A stretch of DNA of 64,000 nucleotides. It comes from Raillietiella orientalis. Lineage: Eukaryota. Positions 52,700-63,633 of the stretch are shown one piece after another. The position numbers and the translations under genes were made by a program. Numbering within the stretch: position 1 is the stretch's first letter; each line of letters starts with the position of its first letter. The stretch is from NCBI GenBank assembly GCA_036172245.1, contig JAYWIR010000078.1, forward strand, positions 248,001 through 312,000, in the 5' to 3' direction. Below the pieces are notes generated by a model. The model made no database searches and had not been told where the DNA came from. It saw only the letters and a list, made by a program, of their open reading frames with translations.

Positions 52700-53400
52700 C
52701 TGTTACAAGGGCAAAGGCGAGTCCGCCCCTGAAGCAAGGAGTCGCACGACGGTAGGGAGAGGGGTGAGAATAGTGGGGACTCGGGAATGCAAGCTGTCTC
52801 CCAAGCCAATCCATGGCTGCGAGGAAGTCCACCACAAAGACCGCAGCGGACCGCTCTTGCTCCGGACGACACGACCTCCCCATGAGAACATTTGCATGCT
52901 TGAACCTCTTTCGGAACGAGGAAGTCTTCTGTGAGCTTCCTCGACGGCGGGAAATCCCATCTCGGAATCCCGGGAAGCTGGCAGTCGGGAGAAGCTTCCC
53001 GTCGATGGAGCACTCCGGGAGGCGGTTGGTGCTGAGCCTGCGAAGAGGCCTGGAAGGGAACCTTCCCTGAAGGCTCTGTCCTTTTTGCCGCGGGCTGATA
53101 TCGTGACTTCGGAAACTTCTTGTCCTGCACCCTCCGGTAGCTACCAGTCCGTCCGGAGCCGTCCCTCTTTCAGAGAGAAGCGGGCTCTTGGACGACGACC
53201 GCGCCAGAGGGACAGCCCGGCCGGTTGGCTGCAACTAAGGAGATTGTCGCGTTTCCCAGTCCCGAACCCCAGAGCGAGCCAGCCCGGAGCCACGTCCGTC
53301 GCCCCTTCTTCCTCTCACCTCTAGGAAGCAGGAGACTCGCGAGTGGAGCGAGGAATGCACTGCCATGTTCGCTCTCACGGACCCAGCTGAACCCATGACC
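52700..53400 (-). mobile_element. L1/Tx1 ORF1-like relic upstream of rad exon 2
   Basis: PGFRDGISRR...RKLTEDFLVPKEV...AVRCGLCGGLPRSH...AC (zinc-knuckle-like). Confidence 0.5.
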
Positions 53401-54333
53401 AAGAACCTGGGCATATAGCGGGGGAGGCTCGAAAGGAAGGGGAGAAGGGTGCATGCGTCGCACGCAGAGCGTGGGTTCCGACCCGAGCAATGCAGAGATC
53501 TCGGCTTGGCCGCTTGGGATTCACGTCGCCATCCTTCAAGGAAGATATTCCCTCTTTTCTCAGTGCGTTTGCGTTTGTGCACGGGAAATACCACCCTTGC
53601 CACCCCTTTCCCTCCTCCGTCGAGCAGATGGCTGCCGCTCCGTGTGCTCGAGGAACGTTGTCTATGGATCTGCGGCCTAAATCCAAGCACGCGGTTCCAG
53701 GGGCCAGAGGACCCTTTCGGTTCGATGCAGGACGCCAATGCTTGCAGGCAGCAGGCTTCTGGATCTCCTCCCCCTCGTCATCCATCGGCCACGGAAGCAA
53801 AGGGAGCTTCTAGACATTCGAGGAAGGAGAATGGTCGTGGAAGAAACGCCACCGGGAAGATCCTCGGGATGCGAGCGAACAGAGGCAGAGAAGGAAAGAT
53901 CTGAGAACCCACATGCGGTGGAAGCGAAGATGCTCTTCCAGGAGACAGGAATCGAGATCCACTCTACGAATGGTCGCGCGGGAGAGGGAGGCGTTCGCTC
54001 CTGAAAGGAACGAAGGCACGCTCCCGGTCCGAACTTTTTGATGGTCGGTGCTCTCATGGGGCACGTACACAGAGCGAGCCCTCCGTGGTGCAGCTGCTCC
54101 CGGCTCCCGACCTCTTCTCCAAGAGGTCCTTCCGAGGTGCGGCGCTGCATCCTCGGACTTGGACGCAGGGGGAGGGAGGGAGAAGGGGGAGATCGTCGCG
54201 ACGGTCCCTGGACGCGAGGGACTCTTGCGGCCCAACGAGATCGCAGGACTGAGCCAAAAAACCCGGGTCGCCAGCACGCAGCGCGTAGGTGTTCCACGGG
54301 CCACTGCTACTCCTGTTTTTTCTTTTTTTCCAG

Positions 54334-54609
54334 ATTCTGCTTCCTTGTACAACAACAACCACTACCACGAGGAATGCCTCCGCTGCGATACGTGCGGTTC
54401 CGACCTAACTGGACCCAACCAGATCAGAGTGCGGAGGTTCAAGAACAAGCTGTTCTGCGACCTTCACTTCGCAGATGTTGCCCGTCTGGAAAGCACCGAT
54501 TTCATGCAGCAGTTGCGAGGCTTCAAGTCGCAGAGCCTGGGATGTGCCGTCGCTCGTCGGAAAAGCTCAACCACGCTTATCTTCCCTCTTCCCACCCAAG
54601 CCTGCTGCG
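54334..54609 (+). CDS. rad: radish-like protein, exon with LIM-type zinc-binding region
   Basis: tttttttccag| acceptor; (D)SASLYNNNHYHEECLRCDTCGSDLTGPNQIRVRRFKNKLFCDLHFADV...RRKSSTTLIFPLPTQACC; donor G|gtgagt; phase 1-1, 276 nt. Confidence 0.92.
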
Positions 54610-54819
54610 GTGAGTCGTTTGCGGCTGCTTCATCACCCTGCACGTCCTGCACTTTTGCCTGCATTTTTCTCTGCTCCCTTCTCTCCTCCTCCCTTCGCTT
54701 CTTCTTGCCTCTCCTCTCCTCTCCCTCACCCTTTTTTTTTGTTTCTTTTCTCCACGGTGGCAATGCTGCTGTGCCGAAATGACTGGGAAGACCCACCGAA
54801 GTTTCCACACGTGCTGTCT

Positions 54820-55050
54820 CTGTTGGTCCGTGAAACTCGTGGTCGGCGACTTCTGGCAGATGGGGCGAGCCTTCCGCTTCCTGGAGATACGAGGAGGAAG
54901 TGGCGGCGGACGCTGCTCCGGGCTGGCGCACGCCGGGACTCGGGACTGGGAAATGCGGCAGTTTCAGCCAGCCGGCCAGGCCGTTCCTCTGCTTCTTTCT
55001 GGAAGAGGGATAGCTACGGGCGGACTGGTGGCTCACGAGAAGTGCATTTG
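54820..55050 (+). mobile_element. second, inverted copy of the element at 53127-53400
   Basis: 54876-54962 aligns without gaps to the reverse complement of 53243-53329 (69/87 by hand count). Homology continues to ~55045. Confidence 0.7.
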
Positions 55051-57239
55051 GGCAGCACTCATGATGGCCTTGTGCATATTTCGCTCATTAGGCCGGGTCG
55101 GTATGCGTAGGTTCGCGCGCAAAGAAGCGGACGGGTGGAGAGTCTCTTCCGTACGCAAATTTGACCAGGTTGATGGTCGTCGGCTCACCTCCAGACGCCA
55201 CTCGGTCAGCGCTTCGCTTTCGGGACCTTTACCGCAGCTCGAGGGAGCCTCGTACGAGTTGTCGGTGCCGTCAGGACGTTCCTGCGCTTCCTCTCCCTCC
55301 CGTCGTCACGCCTCCTCCCACCTGAGGACGTTCCCTTCGTTTCATTGCTTCCCTCGAGCACTACTTGGCTGACGCGGGCCTGATCGGGCCCAGCCAAGAA
55401 GTCTGATCCCTGTTCCTGTTCCTCTTCTTGGCGCACTCCGCACACCTGGTCCTGTTGCGTTGCTTACCCGTCCGGGAGAGTTCGTCCCTTGGCCTCAGGA
55501 CAAGGAAGGGAGCGAGTCAATAGGAGGGCACGTGATCGTTCCCTGCTCAAAAGAAAGGGGAAGGGAAGGAAGGAGAGGAAGAAATCGGCAGCAACTCCAG
55601 AATCAACTCGTTCGTTTGGACGGTTTTCTCAGGATGCCGAATCCAATGCTCTCTCACGGTCACTCTCGTTCCGGCTTCTGTTGGAACGAGGAATTTCAAT
55701 CCTTCCCACCCCACCCTTACGATGCAGCTCTGGCATGCCTAGTTTTCTCGGATCAGGCATTCTAATCCGTTGGATTAGAATAGAGAGGGATGCTGAGCGA
55801 TTCCATGAGCGGCAGCTTGTGAGAACGAAACTTGGAACACACGCATACAAGAAACAAGCGATGTGCGCTTGCTCCACCTCCTCCCTGACGGTTGCTGCAG
55901 CTTGGACCGCCTGCATTGCCGTTTTTTATTGCTCGCCATAGGGCAAATTAAAGCAGCATCGACCGCTGACTAAGGAATTGTTTAGCGGAGCGACTCTTCA
56001 TCCGAGCAAACGAGTTCGACGGCGAATCAGCCACAACCATGCGATTGGCCTCGTTCCGTTTTCGCCGTGTTTTCCTCCAACCTGGAGAGGAACGTCTCGA
56101 TCGCAACCGAAATTACAAGCACCAAGTCTGAACTGTTTGTCTAACGCTAGAGAAAGCAAACAGCGTTCCGCGCCACATCTCATCAGTGAGCAGTGTTTGC
56201 GTCTTGTAACCTTGCAAAAGTGCATCACGTCTGGACTGATGTCCGAATCCAGGAATGCTTGGGATCGATGATCGAAAAACTCAGGAGTAACGTCATGAGC
56301 AGCCGATCGGAGGCCCCTTCTGGTCAGCTCTCAGGTGCCACACAAAACGCCATTGGTGCCGTGATGCTGCTGGCAAAAAAACACGAAGCTCTTCCCTCGC
56401 TTTCTCTCAACGGTCCCTTGCTTCCTCCCTCCACACACCCCAAAACAGTTGCTGTGTACAAGGACATGGCTCAAGAAACCTGTCTCTTACCTCCCTTCTT
56501 CCACTCCCTTCTCCCATGGCACACTAGCGGATGCCACACAAGAGTAGCCGTCAGGATGAAAACTCCTGCAGATTTTGGATGGGGTGTCAGAATGGATCGT
56601 CAAGGAAAGGGCTCGAATCTCTGGTACAGAAGAAGAAGGAATAATAATAGGGAGAGCCTTTGCAACCGTACCCTCAAGGCGGAAGCAGTGGAATCCAAAT
56701 CGATTGTCCAAGAGGCATCTTTGGCCTCGATCGGCAAAAGAACCCAGCACGAAGGATGATTATGGTCGAAGCGGGACAGAAACCTGGAAGATCAGCCTCG
56801 ACTTTGAGACGTGAAGGTTCCCTCTCCCTCTCTCCTCCTTTCCTCGGGAGGGAATCGAGGAAAGGGGGACTGCCTTCATCTTCCCCGGGGAATTTGGAAT
56901 GGAGGGGAGATGTCGTATGGGCACGCTAATGCTGAGGTCGATCAATGGGGTCGTCACGGTTAAAGGGACCAAGAGGCTCCTCAATGCAGGTTTCCCTGGC
57001 TAAACAATCTTGTACCATCCTCGCGTTCTCTTAGCCCCTCCCTCAGCAGCGACATGAGGCATGCATGCGCAGAGGGCGTTAGGCACTCTCCTCCTGGAGG
57101 AAAGGACTGCTCGGGAAAAACGCTACAACGCTAAGAAACTTAAAAAACGCTACTACTAACGCTAAACGCGTCCTGGACTGCACCCTGCTCTATCCTCTTC
57201 GAGAGTGCCTCTTCCTTCGGCATCATTACTACTACTATC

Positions 57240-57545
57240 ATCTCCATCAACTAGTTCTTCTCCTCTTCTTCCTTTTCTTTTTTCTTCTCTTCCTCCTCCT
57301 CCTCCTCTTTTTCCCTTGCGCCTTCACACTTTCTCCTCCTCCTTTCCTCCCTTCCTTCTCTTCTTTCTCTTGCAGCTCCTCTGTTTCTCCCTTGCATTTA
57401 AACACTTCTCTTCTTCCTTCACATCTTCACACTTTCTCCTCTTCTTTCTCTTCCTTCCTCCTCCCCCCCTTTCCTTGCTGCTCCTCCCTTCATCGCTTGC
57501 ACTGCCACACCTCCTCTTCCCTCCTTCCTCCTTCTTCCCCTGTCC
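57240..57545. repeat. polypyrimidine (CT/CCT/CTT) low-complexity tract; similar tracts at ~9935-10015, ~11540-11690 and ~60500-60560
   Basis: Almost purely C/T on the + strand. Confidence 0.85.
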
Positions 57546-58821
57546 CCCCCAGTGCACTGAGCGACGCGAACGAAATGACAGGGAGGCGTTTAGGGAAGAG
57601 AAAGAAACACGGCAGAGCAGCATCCTCTCTACTTCTGCAGCTGGCTGGATCGGCCAGAGAGGCGACCTCTGCCCTGAATTCTTCCTCCCCGGAGCTTTCC
57701 ATTCTGCATCATGAGGGCTCTCTCACGGAGAGCAAGGGAGACGTTGACGGCGGTGGACTAACGACTGCTCTCCGACACGCACCGAGACCTCCTTCCCGGC
57801 CCCCTCCCGCCGCTGACTTTTCCTCGAGTACATTGGCTCCCTCGAGCGACGCCGGAGGCGACAAGAGAGCAGAGAGGGAGGCCCGGTAATGGGTCCCGAG
57901 CGGCAGGAAGTTGGCGAGGATCCCTTGCTGTCTCTAGAAAGATTATGAAGGGGGATGGAAATGACTGGCGTATGCGCGCCTCCCCCCCTTTACTGCGCAG
58001 CCGGCTGGAGGGAGAAGACGGCATGCTGCTGCGACTCCCGATCCGAGAGGAGATCGTGGAGCCGGAGCTACCGGTCATCACAGCGGGGTGATGAAATAAA
58101 CTTTCATGCCGCTGGAGACGGGGTGGCGCTTTCCCTTCCTGTCTCTCCTTCCACTCCCCACCCCCCTCACCGGAGTCTCCTCCGCTGTTGTGCCCTCCCA
58201 CAAGAGGGGACTCGTGCGGATCTCCTTTCTCCCGCCTTTTTTCTCCCTGCCTCCCCCAGGAAGAGATGGTGATCGAGGCGTTAGAGGGGAGATCTGGGCG
58301 CTACGAGAGAAAACTCAGGGAATGACGGAGGAGGGTCTGTTCTGCTGCGCCCTCGGGAAAACGTCCCGCGTTGCCTGGCAACGGCGGAAAGGCGCGACAG
58401 CTCGAGGCGCGGCTTTCCTTGATCCCCAGCACCCTGACTTTCTTTTCGCCTGACCTGGCTGTTTCTGTTGGACCTGCTGGCGAGATCACCTGTCAGTCTT
58501 CACCGAAGTGACACAGCACCAGGAGTCGTGGGCGGTTGGACTTGCGAGCGAGGAAGGCTACCAAATTCGAGTGGAAGAAAGGCAGGAAAGCGAACTTCCT
58601 CCACTTTCCTCTCCTTCCGGTCGCTTTTTCCCCTTCATCTTCAATTCTTCCCCTTCTTCTTTCTCTTATTCCCGATCCCTCCGTCTAAGGTCCGCGGGCT
58701 CGCCACACCCTCTGCGGGCTGCACGCCTATCACCTCCATCGCTGGCGGAGAGCTGGGGAGCATCACCAGAGCCTCCGCGTGCTTCCCCTCCATCTTGAAA
58801 GCGGAGAGAATTCCTTTGCAG

Positions 58822-59068
58822 CCGAGGCGTGCGACGAATACCCCCACAGCCTGCTGCCTATTCCCGGATACTGGATAGAATGCCCAAAAAGGAGGAGGAG
58901 CCACTGTGACAAGGAGGCCGGCTCGTACGAAAACCACCTGGAGGAAATCGAGGAGACGGAGGAATCTCCTGAGAAGGAAGCGTTCTTCAACGACTTGGGT
59001 GAGCTGGTGTCCAGAGGGAACGAACTGCCCAATCATCTTCACAGGAAGGCGACGTCTATCGAGGAGAG
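58822..59068 (+). CDS. rad: radish-like protein, exon 3
   Basis: ttcctttgcag| acceptor; (A)EACDEYPHSLLPIPGYWIECPK...KATSIEE; donor AG|gtaggt (phase 2). Confidence 0.85.
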
Positions 59069-60794
59069 GTAGGTTCGTGTTCACCTTTTCTCCGGAGCCA
59101 TCCGCGACGTTGCGCATGGTCTGCGCACCTCAAGGCGCAGCAGAGGAATTTTTCCACCCTTCCTCCTTCATCCCGTCGTATGGTTTCCGAGCTAATTCGC
59201 TCGCGCGAAAGAGAGATGGAGAAGTTGATCTCGGTCCTGAGTCATCTGCGCCGCCGCCAGCCGAAGAGGGGGGGCGGGGATCAAGCTGCTCCAATGGAGG
59301 ATGTGTCTTGGAGCCTTCGATCCACCCGAAAGAACTCGGGAAAAAAAAAAATATGGGTTTCGGAAAGCGAGAGACGCGTCTGAGGGAGCAGCCCCTCGCC
59401 GGCCCGGAAACGCCACCGTCTCTCCCCCTGCTGCCAGCAAGAGCGCGCTGGAGATCTTCAAGAACGCCAGCCTGCTGAAGAAGCGATTGCCGAGCGGGCG
59501 AGATCAACTCGCCCTGAGAAGGAAGAAGCAAGACGGACAGCGGAGTACTCTTCTCTGGCGGAAGCTGGGAGATTCCTCCTCGACTCGGCCAGCAAACTTG
59601 GACTGTTCTCATCTGAAGAGGAGAGGGAGCTCGTTATGTCAAGGCAGGAGCATCATGTCGGCGAGCATCCTGAGAAGTCTTGGTTTAAAAGATGGGGAGA
59701 GGGGAGGGAAAGCAAAGCAGCAGGAGCGACAGCCTTCGATCGTGGCTTCTGAAGCAGCCCTCGCTGAGAAGCATGAAGTGCCACGGTGATTCCATCATAT
59801 CCATGCGTGCCTTCGTGGCTCGCCAGCGCACCCGGTTGACCACCCCGCTCGCCGGACTGCCCAACGTCTCCACCACCACCGCCGCCAGCGTGGAGCGTCT
59901 GCCAGGTTTCGATGGTACGGCAGCCCGCGTGCGCACCATATCAAGGTGCTCTTGGGAACTCTGGGTACTGGGAGGTTGGGTGACCTCTGATGGCGAAAGC
60001 GAACCTCACGGACTCGTTGCGGTGCCTGACGCTCCGTCGTACCACGGGGACTTTCTGGAACTCACGGAGCATGGACTCGAGGAAGTCCAAGAAGCAAGAG
60101 GATTGTGGACACTCCCCCACGACAATTGGAGGCAAGAGAAAATGGGTTGGATAGTAAGTGAAGAGTACTTGGCTACCACGAACGACGCTCAGCAGCCATT
60201 TATCCGAGTAACCGTAGTGCGGACGATGCTCCGTGTCGTCCTTGACAGGATGATCGAGAGAGACGTCCCCTCTCATTTCAGTCTAAAGTAATTTTGGGAG
60301 AGAAGGAACGGGGGGAAGGGAAGGAGGAAGAAGAGAAAAGGAGAAGTAGTGGTTTGGTGCTGAGATGCCCTTCGTACAATTCCGTTGCGGTATTCAGGCG
60401 CCTGGAGCAAAGATTCCGTTCGGGAGCGAAGCAAGCAGGCTGGAATGACTTCCTCCTCGAAGAGATGAAGTCGAGCTTAGACTATGGGCAATTGCAAGCG
60501 TCACTCTCTTCCTCCTTCTCTCTCTCTTCCTCTCTTCCTCCTTCTCTCTCTCTTCCTTTCAGTCCGCCTTGACCAGCAATGACCACACGCTGCCTAACTG
60601 TCGAGCCGAACTCCCACTGTAGACAGGAAAGCTGTTGCTGTGACGGAAGAGTCCACGCCTCTTGTGATTCAGGAAATGCAATGCAATGAGGAACGACCTC
60701 AGCTTGGCTGCAATGAGAAGGTGGAAGAATCAACAGTGGTCCATTTCCGATCCAGGAAGTTTCTCCTAAGGGAAATATGGAGTGCAGGGTGATC

Positions 60795-60968
60795 GCCGCC
60801 TTAACGGCCGTGTGGCTACGGTCTGCGTACGTGCCACCAGCGTTGCGGGCTCGAATCCCGCCTGCGGACTAATCGACTCCGAGAAATGGGTGCGTCATAG
60901 GTGTCGAGTCCCCCCCCTCTTCGCAGGATGCTGCTGCTTAGCCTACAGACCTCGGATGAGGCAGTGGT
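60795..60968 (+). mobile_element. tRNA-derived SINE, 5' part (copy C)
   Basis: A-box-like CGGCCGTGTGG (60805-60815) and B-box GGGCTCGAATCCC (60847-60859), then ATCGACTCCGAGAAATGGGTGCGTCAT, shared with copy D. Confidence 0.7.
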
Positions 60969-61846
60969 TGACACCCAGTCACGCCGGAGCGTTTATTTAT
61001 AAAAAATTAACACACGTGTCTGTGGCTGGACGTTCGATCTTGCCACGTCCCTTATAACTACGAGAAGGAATCTGTTGGAAACTGGCACGCAGGCCAGCGG
61101 GGTTGACTCAGCAGCACAAAGAAAGGGGAGACAAACAAACAGAAAAAATTAAATAAAAAACATGCAGTCAAAAAATGGAAAGGAAGGGGGGTTTGGGAAG
61201 GGATCACTGTTTGCTGGAGGATGTTCTCTGCATCCTTGTAAGGATGTCCTAAAGTTCCTGTTTCGAGGCTCTCAGATGGAGCCATCTTGACTCTGTCCTC
61301 ATTACGAGGACATTAGAATAGATCGGTCCCCTATCGTTCTGTCTTCCTCTGGCGTTGCTTCATGTAACCACGGCCCTGCCGTGTGGGCAGCAAAGTGCTG
61401 CTAAGGATGTGGCCGGCGTAGCGCGTCACACAGGAAGAGGCGCTTTCAAACGTCTCTGATGTTGCCACCGGGGATTCCAAAGGTCGCGGCAAAGCGCCCC
61501 AAAGGGGTCGGAAGGCAATATAGTCCACTAGGAGGTGCGGGAGGGATTCCCGCTCCCCACACCTTGCACAGTTTGGATCCACACACACCCGTGTCCAAAA
61601 ATGCCGGCAGACGTTGCACGGGAGGTCCCAGTACAGCACCCTGCCACTTCAAGGGAAGGGTGCGGTTGCTCATGAGCGCCAGGGTCCACTGCAGATCTTC
61701 CTCCGGAATACCCAATAGCACGCCCCAGCGCAAAAGTTCGCGAGCAATGGGGATTGCAGCGTCGGTGGGATAGCCCATCGTCCACTCGCCCATTCCTCTC
61801 CTCCTTCCGGAGATTTGCACAGTAACCTCCCATCTCACCTTACGGC
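60969..61846 (-). mobile_element. L1/Tx1-clade LINE 3' end with zf-RVT-like motif, 5'-truncated (copy C)
   Basis: LYWDLPCNVCRHFWTRVCVDPNCARCGERESLPHLLVD (C-x2-C-x4-E-S-x2-H, L1/Tx1 ORF2 C-terminal zinc finger); 3'UTR stem-loop at 61022-61046; AATAAA at 60992-60997. Confidence 0.8.
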
Positions 61847-62331
61847 AAGATGCTGCTGCTTGGCCTGCGGGCTTCGGGCGCAGCAATGGTGGAAGCCCGA
61901 AACCGGGTGCCCATTTTGACTGGCTGGGATTGGAAGTTGGCCCTCAGAGATACTTTCAGGATTCAGAATCAAGCAGTCGTTTCCCTTTGGGGCTTCCCTC
62001 CGGTTGTGCAAATGGGGCCGTCCCCCCCTTCTCCGGGGGAGATTCCCTCCATCTCATGCCACAGAGTTGGTGGATCGATACCTCTCCAGAGTGAAGTGTG
62101 AAGAAGCGAGCTTCTCCCTTCGAGGAGCGCCCTTCAGAGAAATTGGGAAGCGTTCCTTCGGGGTTCTTTCCAGAGGAGGAAACAGGAAGCAGTTCCTCCG
62201 ATCCCTGTTCCTCCCTTGCAGGTCCCTCCGGAGAAGAAATATCTGGAGCGGATCCCTTCATCGGGTAAAGTGAAACAGAGTTGAGGAGCTTCGTGTGCCC
62301 CTAGGCGAACAGTTCTTGAGAACTCAGCGAG
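61847..62331 (+). mobile_element. tRNA-derived SINE, 3' part (copy C)
   Basis: Collinear with 44090-44620 (AAGTGTGAAGAAGCG, GGGAAGCGT.CCTTCGGGG, GGAGCTTCGTG.GCCC). Confidence 0.7.
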
Positions 62332-62505
62332 ATTGAGAACTCACTCTCTGAGATTTCTCCTGCCCTTACGAATCACTGCTTTAGGGCGGGTCGCGCCTGC
62401 TGCGTTCTCATTTTTTTTAAATGAATAAGCTCGAGATGTATTTGAAAGTAGAGACTATGTAAAATTCTGTTCTAAAAGTTCTAATGATGATGTGTTACTT
62501 CTAAG

Positions 62506-62670
62506 ATACGAGAGATTTGGATGCTTTGAACTGACATCGATAGAGCAAGAGGTGTACGAGAAGTACTTTTACGGGACCGAACACTGGAACTACTTCACTC
62601 AGGACGAAGATTTGGGACCGGTCATTCTTAGTCTAAAACAAGAGGCTGTGCAAGGGAGAGACCAATTCAG
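62506..62670 (+). CDS. rad: radish-like protein, exon 4: start of the Rap1GAP dimerisation region; gene continues beyond the window
   Basis: (R)[54 protein letters not shown](R), matching the Y..YF.G.EH.NY...D..LGP+++S+K motif of Rap1GAP/SIPA1L. Acceptor ctaag|, donor AG|gtacga. Confidence 0.9.
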
Positions 62671-63633
62671 GTACGATCGTGAGTCTCGTTAGTGCGAGAA
62701 ACTTGGGATGATCTGTGAGACCGTTTCCTCCCCGTGTGCGTGATTCTGCCTTAAGGAAACGAGCTGGCTGCAATGCAAAGGGAAAAAGGTAAATGCGGCT
62801 CTTCGTTCCGGCCAGGCTTAACTGACTCTGTGGACACAGCCGAAGTGTTGAATTTTGCACGCGTCCTTCTGTGTTCTAGCATTCAGAACGTGTGCATACA
62901 GAAATGCATGCTTCTCTGCACACGCAACCTGTTAGGATGGCACAAACGTACTCTGGGGCTTTGCAGACACGAATCCACTGTATGTGGGAATATGTGAGTA
63001 TGTATTTACACATATGCATGCGCGCACATCAGGTTTCGAATTCGGAGCGGTAAAGACCCTTGACCCTCACGTAATTCAAGCTAACATGCAGGTGCATGAA
63101 ATAAGATTTCCTATCTTCCATTGCCCTCACTTTCTCAGCAGTCGTGGTGACTGACTTCGCATAATCATGCAAAGAAACCCAATGGATACTTGGCAGTCCT
63201 ATCGTGGAATCAGGAGGAACGGAGGTGCTCTTTCGTAGGTTAGACGTCACACAGATGACCTCCTTAGTCTCGCTGTTTCAACTGCGCTCTAAAATACTTG
63301 AAACGAGTCTCCTGGGCTTGGGACATTCTCGTGAGCTTCACTGAGGTCCCGTGCACTTTTCTTCCGTTACATGGCGTTGCAGAACTCCTTGATCCAAACC
63401 TTTGATCTTTCTGTTCCTAGTTTCATTGGGGGTCAAGTCCGGAGGAGATTGCTCAGAACCGACTTTTCCATGCAAGCGATTCCCTGAAGGCATACTTTGC
63501 TTGAGAACCAGTTCCCTTTCTTGTTTCGAACATTTCTGAGGTTTTCGTTCCTGAAGCAAGATGAGAACATCCCTTCTGGAACGAATCCATTTTCTTCCTA
63601 GAATTGTTTCCCGCATCCATTTTCCGACACATC

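Noticed and set aside
60795..60870. Functional tRNA gene
   Set aside because: It has A/B boxes but no convincing cloverleaf or anticodon arm, and it continues into a repeated body; interpreted as a SINE head.
60795..62331. LTR or DIRS-type element with terminal direct repeats
   Set aside because: The repeat is only 44 bp (8 bp in copy B), the coding remnant is non-LTR zf-RVT-like, and an uninterrupted A-tailed copy exists at 43953-44640.
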